Source: a virus. Taken from it: a stretch of DNA of 64,000 nt. The DNA lies in the IMG/VR virus record IMGVR_UViG_3300046673_000306, positions 32,001-96,000 of that record; one strand, 5' to 3'. Shown here piece after piece: positions 1 to 9,054 of this stretch. Below the pieces are notes generated by a model. It was not told where the DNA came from. It worked only from the letters and a program-made list of their open reading frames with translations, and ran no database searches. The position numbers and the translations under genes are program-made. The number at the start of each line of letters is the position of its first letter. The stretch's first letter is position 1.

Positions 1-1
1 G

Positions 2-1189
2 CTCAGCGACGGCTACTGCTTGTCCACGGTCAAGCACACGGAGCGGATCAGCGCAGCCGGTGACTACGTCGTCAGCAACCCCAGCGAGGACACCCCCGGA
101 GTGCTCTGGCTCAAGGAGCACGTGAGGTACTGCCGCCAGTGCTGGTGCGCAAACGCCTACAAGAACTACCTCGTCGAGTACCTCGAACAGCAACACCCGT
201 CCATGATCACGGCTTACCACCAGGGCAGGCTCTCTCCGACCATCCTGGGCAACGCCCTGCGCTCGATCCACAAGGCCAGGCCCAAGTTCGTGGACGAGAT
301 GATGAAGATCGTGACCTATAATGCGATGCCTCCGAACGCGCAGGCGGCCCTGGACTTCCGGGCGTTCTCCCAGGCCCTGGGCTCGTCTGGAGAGGCCATC
401 CTCAAGGGCACCCAGATCGTCAGGGTCGAGATCGAGGTCCTGTTCGACGCCTGGAACCTGCTGGGGTCTGCGCCGGAGTACGATAAGGACCGCCTCCTCT
501 CCGACTGGGAGTCGGGCAGGATCGTGCCGCCGTTCCCATCCACCTACTTCTCCCTGAGCGAGGGCGTCAACGACCACCTGATCAAGCACTTCTTAGACAA
601 CGTCCCTGGAGACCTGTTCGGGTCCTCGAACGCCCACGGCTTCCTCGCCATAAATCATGGAGAAAAACCACTCCTATTTGAGCGGTCTTACTGCCTGGAC
701 CCTAACGGGGAGGTGGCCAACGGATTCGCCAGGCCTAGCCAGGAGCAGATCGAGAGCCGGTCCTTCTTCTGGATCGTCCTGGTTCGGGCTCTCCAGGACG
801 AGGTCTTCGTCGCGGACAAGGTAATGGTCCCGGCCCGTGGCCTCAGGCCGAACCCGTGGGTCAAGGTGGTGTCGACCCCGGCGGACCTGTCCCAGGTCGT
901 CCCATTCTACGCCGTCCGCGCCAACCCCAAGAAGTCGTTCCGCGATTCTACGAGGGGCTACGGGCACCGCCAGATCGACTGGAGCCACCGCTGGTCCGTC
1001 ACCGGTCACTGGAGGCACTACAAGGATGGCCGGAAAATCTGGATCGGTTCCCACGTGAAGGGTCCGGAAGACAAGCCCCTGATCCCCTCGGTCCGGGTCT
1101 ACGCGAAGGATGGTCCGGGCGCTGCCGGATCGCCGGGCTGGCTGCGCCGCGTCTGGCGGCGCCTGGTCAGCCTCTGGCCTGGGTCTTGA
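2..1189 (+). CDS. Hypothetical phage protein, probably 5'-partial; C-terminal HRWxVxGHWR...WIxxHxKGP motif
   Basis: Frame is open from base 2 with GC-rich codon usage; this C-terminal motif recurs in uncharacterised phage proteins. Confidence 0.7.
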   Translation, partial: LSDGYCLSTVKHTERISAAGDYVVSNPSEDTPGVLWLKEHVRYCRQCWCANAYKNYLVEYLEQQHPSMITAYHQGRLSPTILGNALRSIHKARPKFVDEMMKIVTYNAMPPNAQAALDFRAFSQALGSSGEAILKGTQIVRVEIEVLFDAWNLLGSAPEYDKDRLLSDWESGRIVPPFPSTYFSLSEGVNDHLIKHFLDNVPGDLFGSSNAHGFLAINHGEKPLLFERSYCLDPNGEVANGFARPSQEQIESRSFFWIVLVRALQDEVFVADKVMVPARGLRPNPWVKVVSTPADLSQVVPFYAVRANPKKSFRDSTRGYGHRQIDWSHRWSVTGHWRHYKDGRKIWIGSHVKGPEDKPLIPSVRVYAKDGPGAAGSPGWLRRVWRRLVSLWPGS

Positions 1190-1220
1190 CAGTTTCAATT
1201 CATCATGGTATAATACTATT
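1181..1220 (+). promoter_or_regulatory. Consensus sigma70 promoter, copy 1 of a phage promoter repeat
   Basis: TTGACA 1186-1191, 17-bp spacer, TGG-TATAAT 1209-1214, ATG 6 nt downstream (1221). Confidence 0.9.
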
Positions 1221-1253
1221 ATGAACAAATCAATCTGCAAAATTGGAGGAGCT

Positions 1254-1787
1254 ATGAACAGGATAATGGGTTGGGTCGTGATCTTCGCTGTTCTTTGGTC
1301 GTCTTCCGCTTGCTCAAAGGTCAATCGGTCCTTGAGCAAGGGTGAGGTCAAGTCTCTGTGGGAGCAGGTCTCGGATAAGGACACGATCCGCGTGCGCGGC
1401 ATTGGTGTCCCCCCCGAAGGTACGAAGAGCCTGACCCAGCGCCGTGGACTTTCCCGCAACGCCGCGCTGGTCAATGCCCGGTACGAAGCCCTGGCGCTGC
1501 TGCGCGGGGTTAAGCTGACCGGCGGCCTCAGCGTCGCCAGCCTCATGGAGAAGGACAGCCGCATCCGCGAGATCGCGAACCAGGTGATCGCGGGGATGGA
1601 GGAGGTCCAGGTCGAGTGGGCCTCCGACGATGGCGCCGTGGTTCTCCTTGAACTCAAGCGCGACAAGCTGGAAAAGATGCTGGTCGCCGCCGGGGTCGCC
1701 GACGCCTCGGACTCGTACAAGCAGGTGGAGGCCGGGTCGCAGGCCTCGGACTTGAGACCGGAGCTGGCTAAGGCCAAGGCCCAGTAG
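1254..1787 (+). CDS. Lipoprotein, LPP20-like (alternative leaderless start at 1221)
   Basis: GGAGGA SD; signal peptide with lipobox-like SSAC; 'IRVRGIG...RNAALVNARYEALALLRGV' resembles LPP20 domains. Confidence 0.65.
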   Translation: MNRIMGWVVIFAVLWSSSACSKVNRSLSKGEVKSLWEQVSDKDTIRVRGIGVPPEGTKSLTQRRGLSRNAALVNARYEALALLRGVKLTGGLSVASLMEKDSRIREIANQVIAGMEEVQVEWASDDGAVVLLELKRDKLEKMLVAAGVADASDSYKQVEAGSQASDLRPELAKAKAQ

Positions 1788-1790
1788 AAC

Positions 1791-4700
1791 GTGGAAGAGA
1801 TCAAGGTCACCCACCCACTGGAACTGGCCCTGGGGGGCCTCGGGCAGGCGGCGTCCCTGCCCGGGGCCCCGGCCCCTGGCCGACCGTGGGCACCGGCCTG
1901 GACGCCCCAGGCCCCCGGTGCCTGCCCCTTAACAGGGCAGGAGAAGGTGCTGACCCTGAGCCTCCTGGAGGGGTCCCTGATCAAGGTCGAGGCCAGTCCC
2001 GCGAGCCCGGACCTGTTCATCGAGATCAGCCGACTCCCGACCAGGGTCCAGAGGAAGGGGGCCCTCGGGGCCTCGTTCTACGACCTGCCAGGAATCCAGT
2101 CCGTGGCCATGTCCCAGGGCTACCGGATCGAGTACGCCCCAGAGGTGCAGGCCCTGATCGACAAGTGGAACCTCTGGTGCCTGGACCTGGAGCAGGTAAA
2201 AACGTTCTCCGACGTCTCAGGCTTCAGGGTTCCGGGCCTAGACGTGGAGTTCATGCCGTTTCAGGCTAGGGGCGTCGCCTACGGCTGCAAGATCAAGTCC
2301 TTCATGCTCTTGGACACCATGGGGCTAGGAAAGAGTATACAGGTATTGGGAATTCTGTACACCCATCGCCTGTCATTAGGTGGGCGCCTGGAGACCCTGA
2401 TCTTGTCCCCGACATCGGTCGTCGGAGACTGGCAGGCCAAGTTCAGGAAGTTCGCCAAGATCGAGGTGTCGGTAGCGACCGGGAGCAAGGCCAAGCGAAC
2501 CAAGGTCTATCAGGGCAAGCCCGAGTTCCTGCTCATGAGCTACGACGTCTTCATGCGGGACATGGTCGAGGTCGCCAAGAGCTTCCGGCCAAAGGCCCTG
2601 ATCTGTGATGAGTGCTTCCCCTATAATCAATTCGTAGCTACTAAAAATGGCTCCATCAGAATTGGGAGATTATATAACTTGTGGCTGGCCGGGAAGGCTC
2701 CTTTGATAAAGAGCCTCAACCTCGACAGCGGATCATTTGAGTACAGGAGTATTCTGAAGGCGTGGAAGAGAGAATTGAAGCCCATGGTGTATGTAGGAGG
2801 AAGTGGTTTCGGTTTCAGGTGCACTCCGGGCCATCTAATTCTCACTTCTATGGGGTGGGTGCCAGCAGGAAATTTGCGTGTTGGAGACTTTGTGACGACT
2901 GGGGCTGACATCTCTGGCCGAATAAGGTACTTGGCTCCTATGTTGAACAGCGACCAGAAACAGGTCTTGATAGGATCATTCTTGGGAGATGGGAATATCC
3001 ATCGACTTGGAGGTTGTCGATATAGGATCAGATTCCTGCATGGCGCCAAGCAGCGGAGGTACTTGGTTGAGAAGTCTAGAATTTTTGGCTGTAATAAAAT
3101 AGCCAAGATAAAAAACAACGGATATTCCGGCGGGATAGCTTATAGGGCAGCCAGCCAGGCATTCTTTTGCAAGGATATTCCCAAAGGAAAAAAAGAGTTT
3201 ATCCCCGACTGGATGATCGAAGAGATGGATGCGAGGGCGATAGCTATTTGGCTCTTGGACGACGCGTCATTCAATCACAAAAAAAAGCAGGTGGTCATCC
3301 ATACCAACAGATTCCCGGAATACTTAGTCGAGAGGCTTTGCGTTAGACTCAGGGAATTCGGCGTGAACTGTTATTGCTCCATCACGGCAAAGCACGATGG
3401 CAGATTCTTCTACTATATACGAATACCGGCTAGGGGCTACAAAAGAACAATGGAGCTGTGCGGGAAATTTTTCTTTCTTGGCATGGAAAAGAAAATACCC
3501 ATGGGCAGTGAGATTTATGAATGGAGTCCAAAATACCCAGAGGTGTCTCTAGGGCTAGTTACAACGATAGAGCAGGATGACAAGCCAAGAATCGAATCAG
3601 AGAATTTTTTATTCGATATCGAAATCGATGAGAACCATAACTTTGTGATCTGTTCTCCGTCAAATAAATCCCAGTCTGGGGTGGTGGTCCATAATTGCCA
3701 GCGCATTTCTAACAGGAAGAACAAGGCCGCGATCAGGCTCTTCGACTTTGTCGACGCCGCGCGACCCCAGTACCGGATAATGGCCAGCGGCAGCCCCATC
3801 GCGAACAAACCCATAGACCTCTGGAGCCTGCTGCGCCTGGTCAACGCCGACCTCGCCGGTTCCCCGACCCTGTTCGAGAAGCGGTACGCCAGGGAGAAGC
3901 TGATATACCACAAGGACAAGGCCACGGGCGAGGTCAAGCCCAAGGGGACCACCTACGGGTCCGGAGACAAGGCCAAGTTCGTGCCCCTGAAGAAGTTCGA
4001 GAACCTGAACCCGAAAAAACCCGCCGACGCGATCCTACTCCGCGAACTCCGGGCCAAGATCAGCCCGTGGCTGATCCGCAGGCTGAAGAAGGACGTGCTC
4101 ACCGACCTCCCCGAGACCACGGAGGAGACGATCAGCATCAAGCTGGGGCCCCGGGAGCGCAAGGTCTACGAGGAGCTGCAAGCCCGCTTCGCCGAGGCCA
4201 TGGCCGGGGTCGCGGACGAGGACTCGGAGAACAGGGTCGACAATTTCTTTACCTGGTTCATCCGCGCGCAGCAGGTGTGCTGCTCCCTGGAGATCGGAGG
4301 ACACGGCAAGGAGTCGTCCAAGATCGATGAGCTAAGGAAGTTCGTCGAGGACTACTCCGAGGAGCAGAAAATCCTTATCTTCAGCCGGTTCAAGGGCATG
4401 ACCGACATCGTCCACCGGGAGATGAAGGAGTACAACCCCGCGTACCTGCACGGGGCCGTAGCGCAGGCAGACAGGCAGCCTCTGGTGGACAGGTTCCAGA
4501 CCGAGGACGACTGCCGACTCTTCATCTCGACCCTGGGCGCCGGTGGCGTGGGCTTGACCCTCACCGCAGGGTCCATCGTCGCCAGGCTCGACCGCTGGGT
4601 CAGCCCGATCCTCAACGATCAGTGCGTGGCCAGGGCTGACCGAATAGGTCAGAAGCGCAACGTCCTGGTCGTGGATTTCGTCGTCCGCGACAGCGTCGAG

Positions 4701-4835
4701 GAGCGCATCTTAGGAATCCTGGAGGGCAAGTCCAGGATGATCAACAGCCTCATCGTCTCGGAGCAGTCCGAGGAGCAGCAGGAGAAGAAGATTCTCCGGG
4801 CCCTAGGTAAGCAGGGGATGCTCAAGCTCATCTGA
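1791..4835 (+). CDS. SNF2-family helicase containing an intein
   Basis: Walker A DTMGLGKS; Walker B ICDE|CQ split by the intein; SGSPIAN; LIFSRF; GGVGLTLT; QCVARADRIGQ. Confidence 0.92.
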   Translation: MEEIKVTHPLELALGGLGQAASLPGAPAPGRPWAPAWTPQAPGACPLTGQEKVLTLSLLEGSLIKVEASPASPDLFIEISRLPTRVQRKGALGASFYDLPGIQSVAMSQGYRIEYAPEVQALIDKWNLWCLDLEQVKTFSDVSGFRVPGLDVEFMPFQARGVAYGCKIKSFMLLDTMGLGKSIQVLGILYTHRLSLGGRLETLILSPTSVVGDWQAKFRKFAKIEVSVATGSKAKRTKVYQGKPEFLLMSYDVFMRDMVEVAKSFRPKALICDECFPYNQFVATKNGSIRIGRLYNLWLAGKAPLIKSLNLDSGSFEYRSILKAWKRELKPMVYVGGSGFGFRCTPGHLILTSMGWVPAGNLRVGDFVTTGADISGRIRYLAPMLNSDQKQVLIGSFLGDGNIHRLGGCRYRIRFLHGAKQRRYLVEKSRIFGCNKIAKIKNNGYSGGIAYRAASQAFFCKDIPKGKKEFIPDWMIEEMDARAIAIWLLDDASFNHKKKQVVIHTNRFPEYLVERLCVRLREFGVNCYCSITAKHDGRFFYYIRIPARGYKRTMELCGKFFFLGMEKKIPMGSEIYEWSPKYPEVSLGLVTTIEQDDKPRIESENFLFDIEIDENHNFVICSPSNKSQSGVVVHNCQRISNRKNKAAIRLFDFVDAARPQYRIMASGSPIANKPIDLWSLLRLVNADLAGSPTLFEKRYAREKLIYHKDKATGEVKPKGTTYGSGDKAKFVPLKKFENLNPKKPADAILLRELRAKISPWLIRRLKKDVLTDLPETTEETISIKLGPRERKVYEELQARFAEAMAGVADEDSENRVDNFFTWFIRAQQVCCSLEIGGHGKESSKIDELRKFVEDYSEEQKILIFSRFKGMTDIVHREMKEYNPAYLHGAVAQADRQPLVDRFQTEDDCRLFISTLGAGGVGLTLTAGSIVARLDRWVSPILNDQCVARADRIGQKRNVLVVDFVVRDSVEERILGILEGKSRMINSLIVSEQSEEQQEKKILRALGKQGMLKLI
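2613..3695 (+). mobile_element. Intein (361 aa) with LAGLIDADG homing endonuclease
   Basis: Begins CFPYNQ, block B FRCTPGH, LAGLIDADG-like IGSFLGDG and AIWLLDD, ends FDIEIDENHNF...VVHN followed by Cys; markedly AT-richer than the flanks. Confidence 0.95.
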
Positions 4836-4844
4836 GAGGGAGCC

Positions 4845-5465
4845 ATGGCCAAGAAGAAGACGAGGCTGATTCCGACTTCAGACTACGTCACGGGGTACGC
4901 GGATCACGTCTGGCAGACCCTGGTAGACTGCGCTGAGGAGACCAAGTCCGTCTACCCGATGCTGACCTACGCCGTAGACGGCCAGGAGTTCTCGGTGCCG
5001 ATGTCCTTTCTCATGTTCACCGAGATGGGGAAGAGCGTGGTCGCCAAGCCCGCAGCCCTCCCGATCCTGATCGCGAGGATGGGTACTGAGTTCGCGCTGC
5101 TGGCCATGCAGATGTCCTCGTGCGGGAGCGAGGCCGACTTCACCCACGACGTCGAGTGCGTGCTCCGCCGGATCAAACCCCAATGCCTAGTCTTCTCGGC
5201 CCCGGTCAGGACCGTCCGGTCCAAGAAATCTTCACTGACCAGGGGCGAGATCGTCAGGGCCATGTCCGATGCCGTGGCCAAGGGCCCGGATGCCGTCGTC
5301 GTCGTGTCCCGGAACCCGGTTAGGACCTTCTCCGTAGTCAGGCCCATGTCTAGGAGCCTCTCTGGGGACATCGTCTTCGGGGAGCCCGAGACCATGGACT
5401 CTCTCCTGGGTGAACCCCAGCCCGGGGGATACTTTTCACGCGTGTTCGATCCAGACCAAAACTAG
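4845..5465 (+). CDS. Hypothetical protein
   Basis: 206-aa ORF with SD, tightly packed in the operon. Confidence 0.75.
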   Translation: MAKKKTRLIPTSDYVTGYADHVWQTLVDCAEETKSVYPMLTYAVDGQEFSVPMSFLMFTEMGKSVVAKPAALPILIARMGTEFALLAMQMSSCGSEADFTHDVECVLRRIKPQCLVFSAPVRTVRSKKSSLTRGEIVRAMSDAVAKGPDAVVVVSRNPVRTFSVVRPMSRSLSGDIVFGEPETMDSLLGEPQPGGYFSRVFDPDQN

Positions 5466-5475
5466 GAGGCAGATA

Positions 5476-5865
5476 ATGCGCTTGATCAACATCACGTTCG
5501 CGTCAGAACTCGGGATAAAGGCGATGATGGCCCTGTCCGAGGCCAAGGACTCGATGACCACCCAGGAGGTGGCGCGCAGGGTCAAGTGCTCCCCCGCGCA
5601 CATGTCCAAAATCCTTCAGCGCCTGACCAAGGGCCGCCTCGTGGTGTCGGCCCGGGGCCCGCGCGGCGGCTACCGGATCAACGGCCCCGCGAACATGACC
5701 GCCGCCTGCGTCATCGAGGTCGTGGACGGTCACCGGCACATCCTTCCCCGAGGACTACGCAGCCCAAAGGCGCGCGGGACCCCCTATAAGCTGATGATGC
5801 GCACGATCGAGCTGGACGCGTTCGAGACCCTGCGGTCGCGCACGATCTGCGACCTCGCGTCATGA
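5476..5865 (+). CDS. Rrf2-family winged-HTH transcription regulator
   Basis: AGGAGG SD; 'EVARRVKCSPAHMSKILQRLTKGRLVVSARGPRGGY...VIEVVDG'. Confidence 0.9.
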   Translation: MRLINITFASELGIKAMMALSEAKDSMTTQEVARRVKCSPAHMSKILQRLTKGRLVVSARGPRGGYRINGPANMTAACVIEVVDGHRHILPRGLRSPKARGTPYKLMMRTIELDAFETLRSRTICDLAS

Positions 5866-6296
5866 GCGAACTCATCAGCGTAGAGGAGGCGGCGGCCCAG
5901 GGCGTGACGGAGTCCCCGATCGCTGCGGTCGCGAGCATCGACGAGAACTACCGGGTCCCTTACTCGGTCCAGGGCTCAAACGTGCTCCGGTTCTGGTCCG
6001 AGAAGGCGGACCCCAAGACCCTGTTCTGCGAGAACGTGGTCATGCGCCGGGAACTCAAGGTCGGAGATGGTCTGATCCTGGTCCTGTCCATCGCTAAGCT
6101 CCTGGGCTTCTACAATGCCGAGCCCGATGTCATGTGCCCGGCCTACGGAAAGCCAGAGATGTCTGTGGCGTGGCGGGTCGTAGTCAAGAGCGTGATCCGA
6201 CCCACCCATATGAGCGGGGTCGTGGTCCACGATGCCGTGATCGTCGAGGTCGCGGAATCCTACAACCCGGTGCCGGTCGCGGAGGCCGCATTTTGA
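5862..6296 (+). CDS. Hypothetical protein
   Basis: ATGA overlap with the upstream gene; 144 aa. Confidence 0.7.
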   Translation: MSELISVEEAAAQGVTESPIAAVASIDENYRVPYSVQGSNVLRFWSEKADPKTLFCENVVMRRELKVGDGLILVLSIAKLLGFYNAEPDVMCPAYGKPEMSVAWRVVVKSVIRPTHMSGVVVHDAVIVEVAESYNPVPVAEAAF

Positions 6297-8428
6297 GGGA
6301 CATCAAGGAGTTCTTTGCCCCAGGCGGCCTGCTCGCGTCACAGTTCAGCAAGTACGAGGCCAGGCCCCAGCAGCTGAAGATGGCCGAGGGCGTGGCCTAC
6401 GCCGCCGACAATAACAGGTGCGCCTTGATCGAGGCCGGGACCGGGGTCGGCAAGTCCCTGGGCTACCTGATCCCGTTCCTGACCAGGATCGAGGAGGACC
6501 GCAACGTCCACGTCGAAGTCGAGGACCCGGAGACCGGGGACGTCAAGGTCGAGGACCGGCCCCGGCGCCTGATCATATCCACGGGAACTATCAACCTCCA
6601 GCAGCAGCTCATGGACAAGGAGCTGCCGATGCTGCGCAAACTCTTCCCGTGGCTGACCTACGCCATGGCCATAGGTACCGAGAACTACCTCTGCGGATGC
6701 CGCCTGGACAGGGCCTTGGCCGATGTCGCGAATAACCCCATGCTCTTCAGCTCCGTGGATGACCTGAAGATGATTGAGGCCTGGTCCCGGAAGACCAAGA
6801 CCGGAATGCGCATGGACCTGCCGAAGACCGTGGATCACAGCGTGTGGTCAGCGGTGAACCGCCAGGCCGATCTCTGCAAGTGCAAGGAATTCACGGAGGA
6901 GAACCGCTGCTTCTACCGCAAGGCTAGGGCCGAGATAAACCAGGCTCACGTCCTGGTCGTCAACCACTGGCTGCTGATGCTGGGGCTGACCGTGGAGAAC
7001 GTGAAGATACTCCCCGGATTCGACTACCTCGTGATCGACGAGGTCCACCAGCTGGAGGCCATCGCCGCCCAGGTCTTCGGGATCGAGGTCTCGAACTTCA
7101 AGGTCAAGCACCTGGTCGACGACAGCCGCCGGTTCTTCCGATCGATGGAGTCGGGGATGGTGAAGGCCAGTGAGGCCCAGGAAATCCTGGACATGATCGA
7201 GGGCGGCTCCGAGACCCTGTTCGATACGATGCGGACCAGGCTCAGGGCCGAGGACAAGGAGGTCCTGCGCCTGCGCCAGCCCATGCTGGCCATGGACCAG
7301 CTCCAGAACGTGGAGCTGATCACGCAGATGGACAGGATCGCGCAGTGGCTGGCAGACGCGGCCCCGCACATCGGAGATGATCAGAGGCTGATGGAGGTCA
7401 GGTCCCTGTCCAAGCGCGCGGCCAAGATCGCGGGGGAGACCCGGAGGTGGCTGACCCAGGCCGAGCCCGACCACGTTTACCAGGTCGCGAGCGAGTCCAA
7501 GGGCAAGCGGATAGTGGCCAAGTCCTGCCCCGTGGACGTCTCCTCGTACCTGCGGACCTGCCTCTGGGGCCTGGGCGTACCCGTGATCGGGACTAGTGCG
7601 ACGATCGCCACGGGCCGGTCCATGGACTTCATGAAGAGGAAGCTCGGGGCCGAGGCCGCCGAGGAGATGGTCCTGGACTCCCCCTTCGAGTACGACAAGA
7701 ACTCCCTGATCTACGTTGCCTCAGACATGCCCGAGGTCAAGGGCGCGAAGCAGGACGCTGGATACTACCAGAAGATAACGGGCAGGGTCGTGGACCTCCT
7801 GAGCATCACCAGGGGCCGGGCCCTGATCCTCTGCACCAGCAACTACGCGATGAAGACCATGGGCGCCAGCCTCAAGGTTATGCTGCCGGACCTCAAGATC
7901 ATGGTCCAGGGCGAGGACCTGGAGCGCCACGCCATGGTCGACGAGCTGAAGCGAAATCCTGGGGCCGTGATTTGCGCCACGGAGTCGTTCTGGCACGGGG
8001 TCGACATCCCGGGCGCGGCCCTGGTGCTCGTGATCATCATCAAGATTCCCTTCTCTAATCCAGCAGACCCCCTGTTCGAGGCCAAGTCCGAGAAGATCGA
8101 CCGCGCGGCCCAGGCCCTGGGCAAGCGCCAGCAGTTCATGGCCGGTTCCTTCATGTCCCTGTCCGTGCCCGAGGCCACGATCAAGCTGAAGCAGGGCTTC
8201 GGGCGCCTGATCCGGACCTCGACCGACTTCGGAGTCATCGCCATCCTCGACCCCAGGATCGTGACCAAGAAATCCTACGGACAGAGGATGCTCCAGTCCC
8301 TGCCCAGGACCTATGTCGTCGCGGACCTGGAGGCGGTGAGGAAGTTCTTCGCCGAGCGCCTGCCACCTCCGGGCTCTGAGCCCATGCCGGGGGTTGTGAC
8401 GGGCGAGATTGAAGAAATTCCCTTCTGA
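6293..8428 (+). CDS. DinG/YoaA-family Fe-S DNA helicase
   Basis: TTG start after GGAGG; Q motif EARPQQ; EAGTGVGKS; Fe-S cysteines (NYLC, LCKC, RCFY); VIDEVH; SFWHGVDIPG; QGFGRLIR; ILDPR. Confidence 0.93.
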   Translation: MRDIKEFFAPGGLLASQFSKYEARPQQLKMAEGVAYAADNNRCALIEAGTGVGKSLGYLIPFLTRIEEDRNVHVEVEDPETGDVKVEDRPRRLIISTGTINLQQQLMDKELPMLRKLFPWLTYAMAIGTENYLCGCRLDRALADVANNPMLFSSVDDLKMIEAWSRKTKTGMRMDLPKTVDHSVWSAVNRQADLCKCKEFTEENRCFYRKARAEINQAHVLVVNHWLLMLGLTVENVKILPGFDYLVIDEVHQLEAIAAQVFGIEVSNFKVKHLVDDSRRFFRSMESGMVKASEAQEILDMIEGGSETLFDTMRTRLRAEDKEVLRLRQPMLAMDQLQNVELITQMDRIAQWLADAAPHIGDDQRLMEVRSLSKRAAKIAGETRRWLTQAEPDHVYQVASESKGKRIVAKSCPVDVSSYLRTCLWGLGVPVIGTSATIATGRSMDFMKRKLGAEAAEEMVLDSPFEYDKNSLIYVASDMPEVKGAKQDAGYYQKITGRVVDLLSITRGRALILCTSNYAMKTMGASLKVMLPDLKIMVQGEDLERHAMVDELKRNPGAVICATESFWHGVDIPGAALVLVIIIKIPFSNPADPLFEAKSEKIDRAAQALGKRQQFMAGSFMSLSVPEATIKLKQGFGRLIRTSTDFGVIAILDPRIVTKKSYGQRMLQSLPRTYVVADLEAVRKFFAERLPPPGSEPMPGVVTGEIEEIPF

Positions 8429-8432
8429 CAGA

Positions 8433-8741
8433 ATGTGCTCCCGCTGCGATTGGCGCGAGTTGGTGTCCCAGGTCAAGGCCGTGGTCGCCGACAGGCCACC
8501 GGCCCTGGGCGAGCGCCAGCGCGACTGGATCGAGGCCATCGCCGTAACCGTCGACGACGACCACCACGCCACCGACCACCAGAAGGCGGTGGTCCGGCGC
8601 ATCCTCAGGGAGCGCGGGATCGAGTCATGGCGCGCGATCCCCAAGGCCTTGGACAAGTCCGAGTGGTCGGAGAAGAAGAAGCGGGCCTGGCGGGAGCGCC
8701 GGAATCTCGCGGCCAGGTGCCGGTCCCACTCCGGGTTCTGA
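8433..8741 (+). CDS. Hypothetical protein (N-terminal CxxC)
   Basis: Fills the gap after the helicase; start is uncertain. Confidence 0.55.
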   Translation: MCSRCDWRELVSQVKAVVADRPPALGERQRDWIEAIAVTVDDDHHATDHQKAVVRRILRERGIESWRAIPKALDKSEWSEKKKRAWRERRNLAARCRSHSGF

Positions 8742-8751
8742 CGGTGGCATC

Positions 8752-9054
8752 ATGAGCGAGTCCTACGACTGCTTCCGGGACAGGCTCCCGAACGCGGTGT
8801 GCATGGGCGACAAGCACTCGTGCTGCGCGCGCTGCGTCAACAGCAAGAGCGAAGAAGAGAGGAGGGCCCTGATAATGGGCCGGGAGATTCCCGATGGTAA
8901 TTATCCCTTGACAACACTTAAAACAAATAGGACTTTACAACGGAAAATAATATGCTATACTATAAATGCTCCCGGTGGATTTTCTATTTACGGGTCGTCC
9001 GTGCCGACGGGAAACCATCGGGAGCCACGGACGACCCACTTTTATGATTCTTAA
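8752..9054 (+). CDS. Small Cys-rich ORF whose 3' end is replaced by the tnpB element
   Basis: First ~48 codons are phage-like, then the frame reads into the element's left end. Confidence 0.4.
   Translation: MSESYDCFRDRLPNAVCMGDKHSCCARCVNSKSEEERRALIMGREIPDGNYPLTTLKTNRTLQRKIICYTINAPGGFSIYGSSVPTGNHREPRTTHFYDS
8934..8961 (+). promoter_or_regulatory. Probable tnpB promoter (extended -10)
   Basis: TTTACA 8934-8939, 16 bp, TGcTATACT 8953-8961. Confidence 0.5.

Noticed and set aside
6134-6292. N-terminal extension of DinG in the ORF track
   Set aside because: It overlaps the upstream gene; TTG at 6293 has an SD and matches the family start
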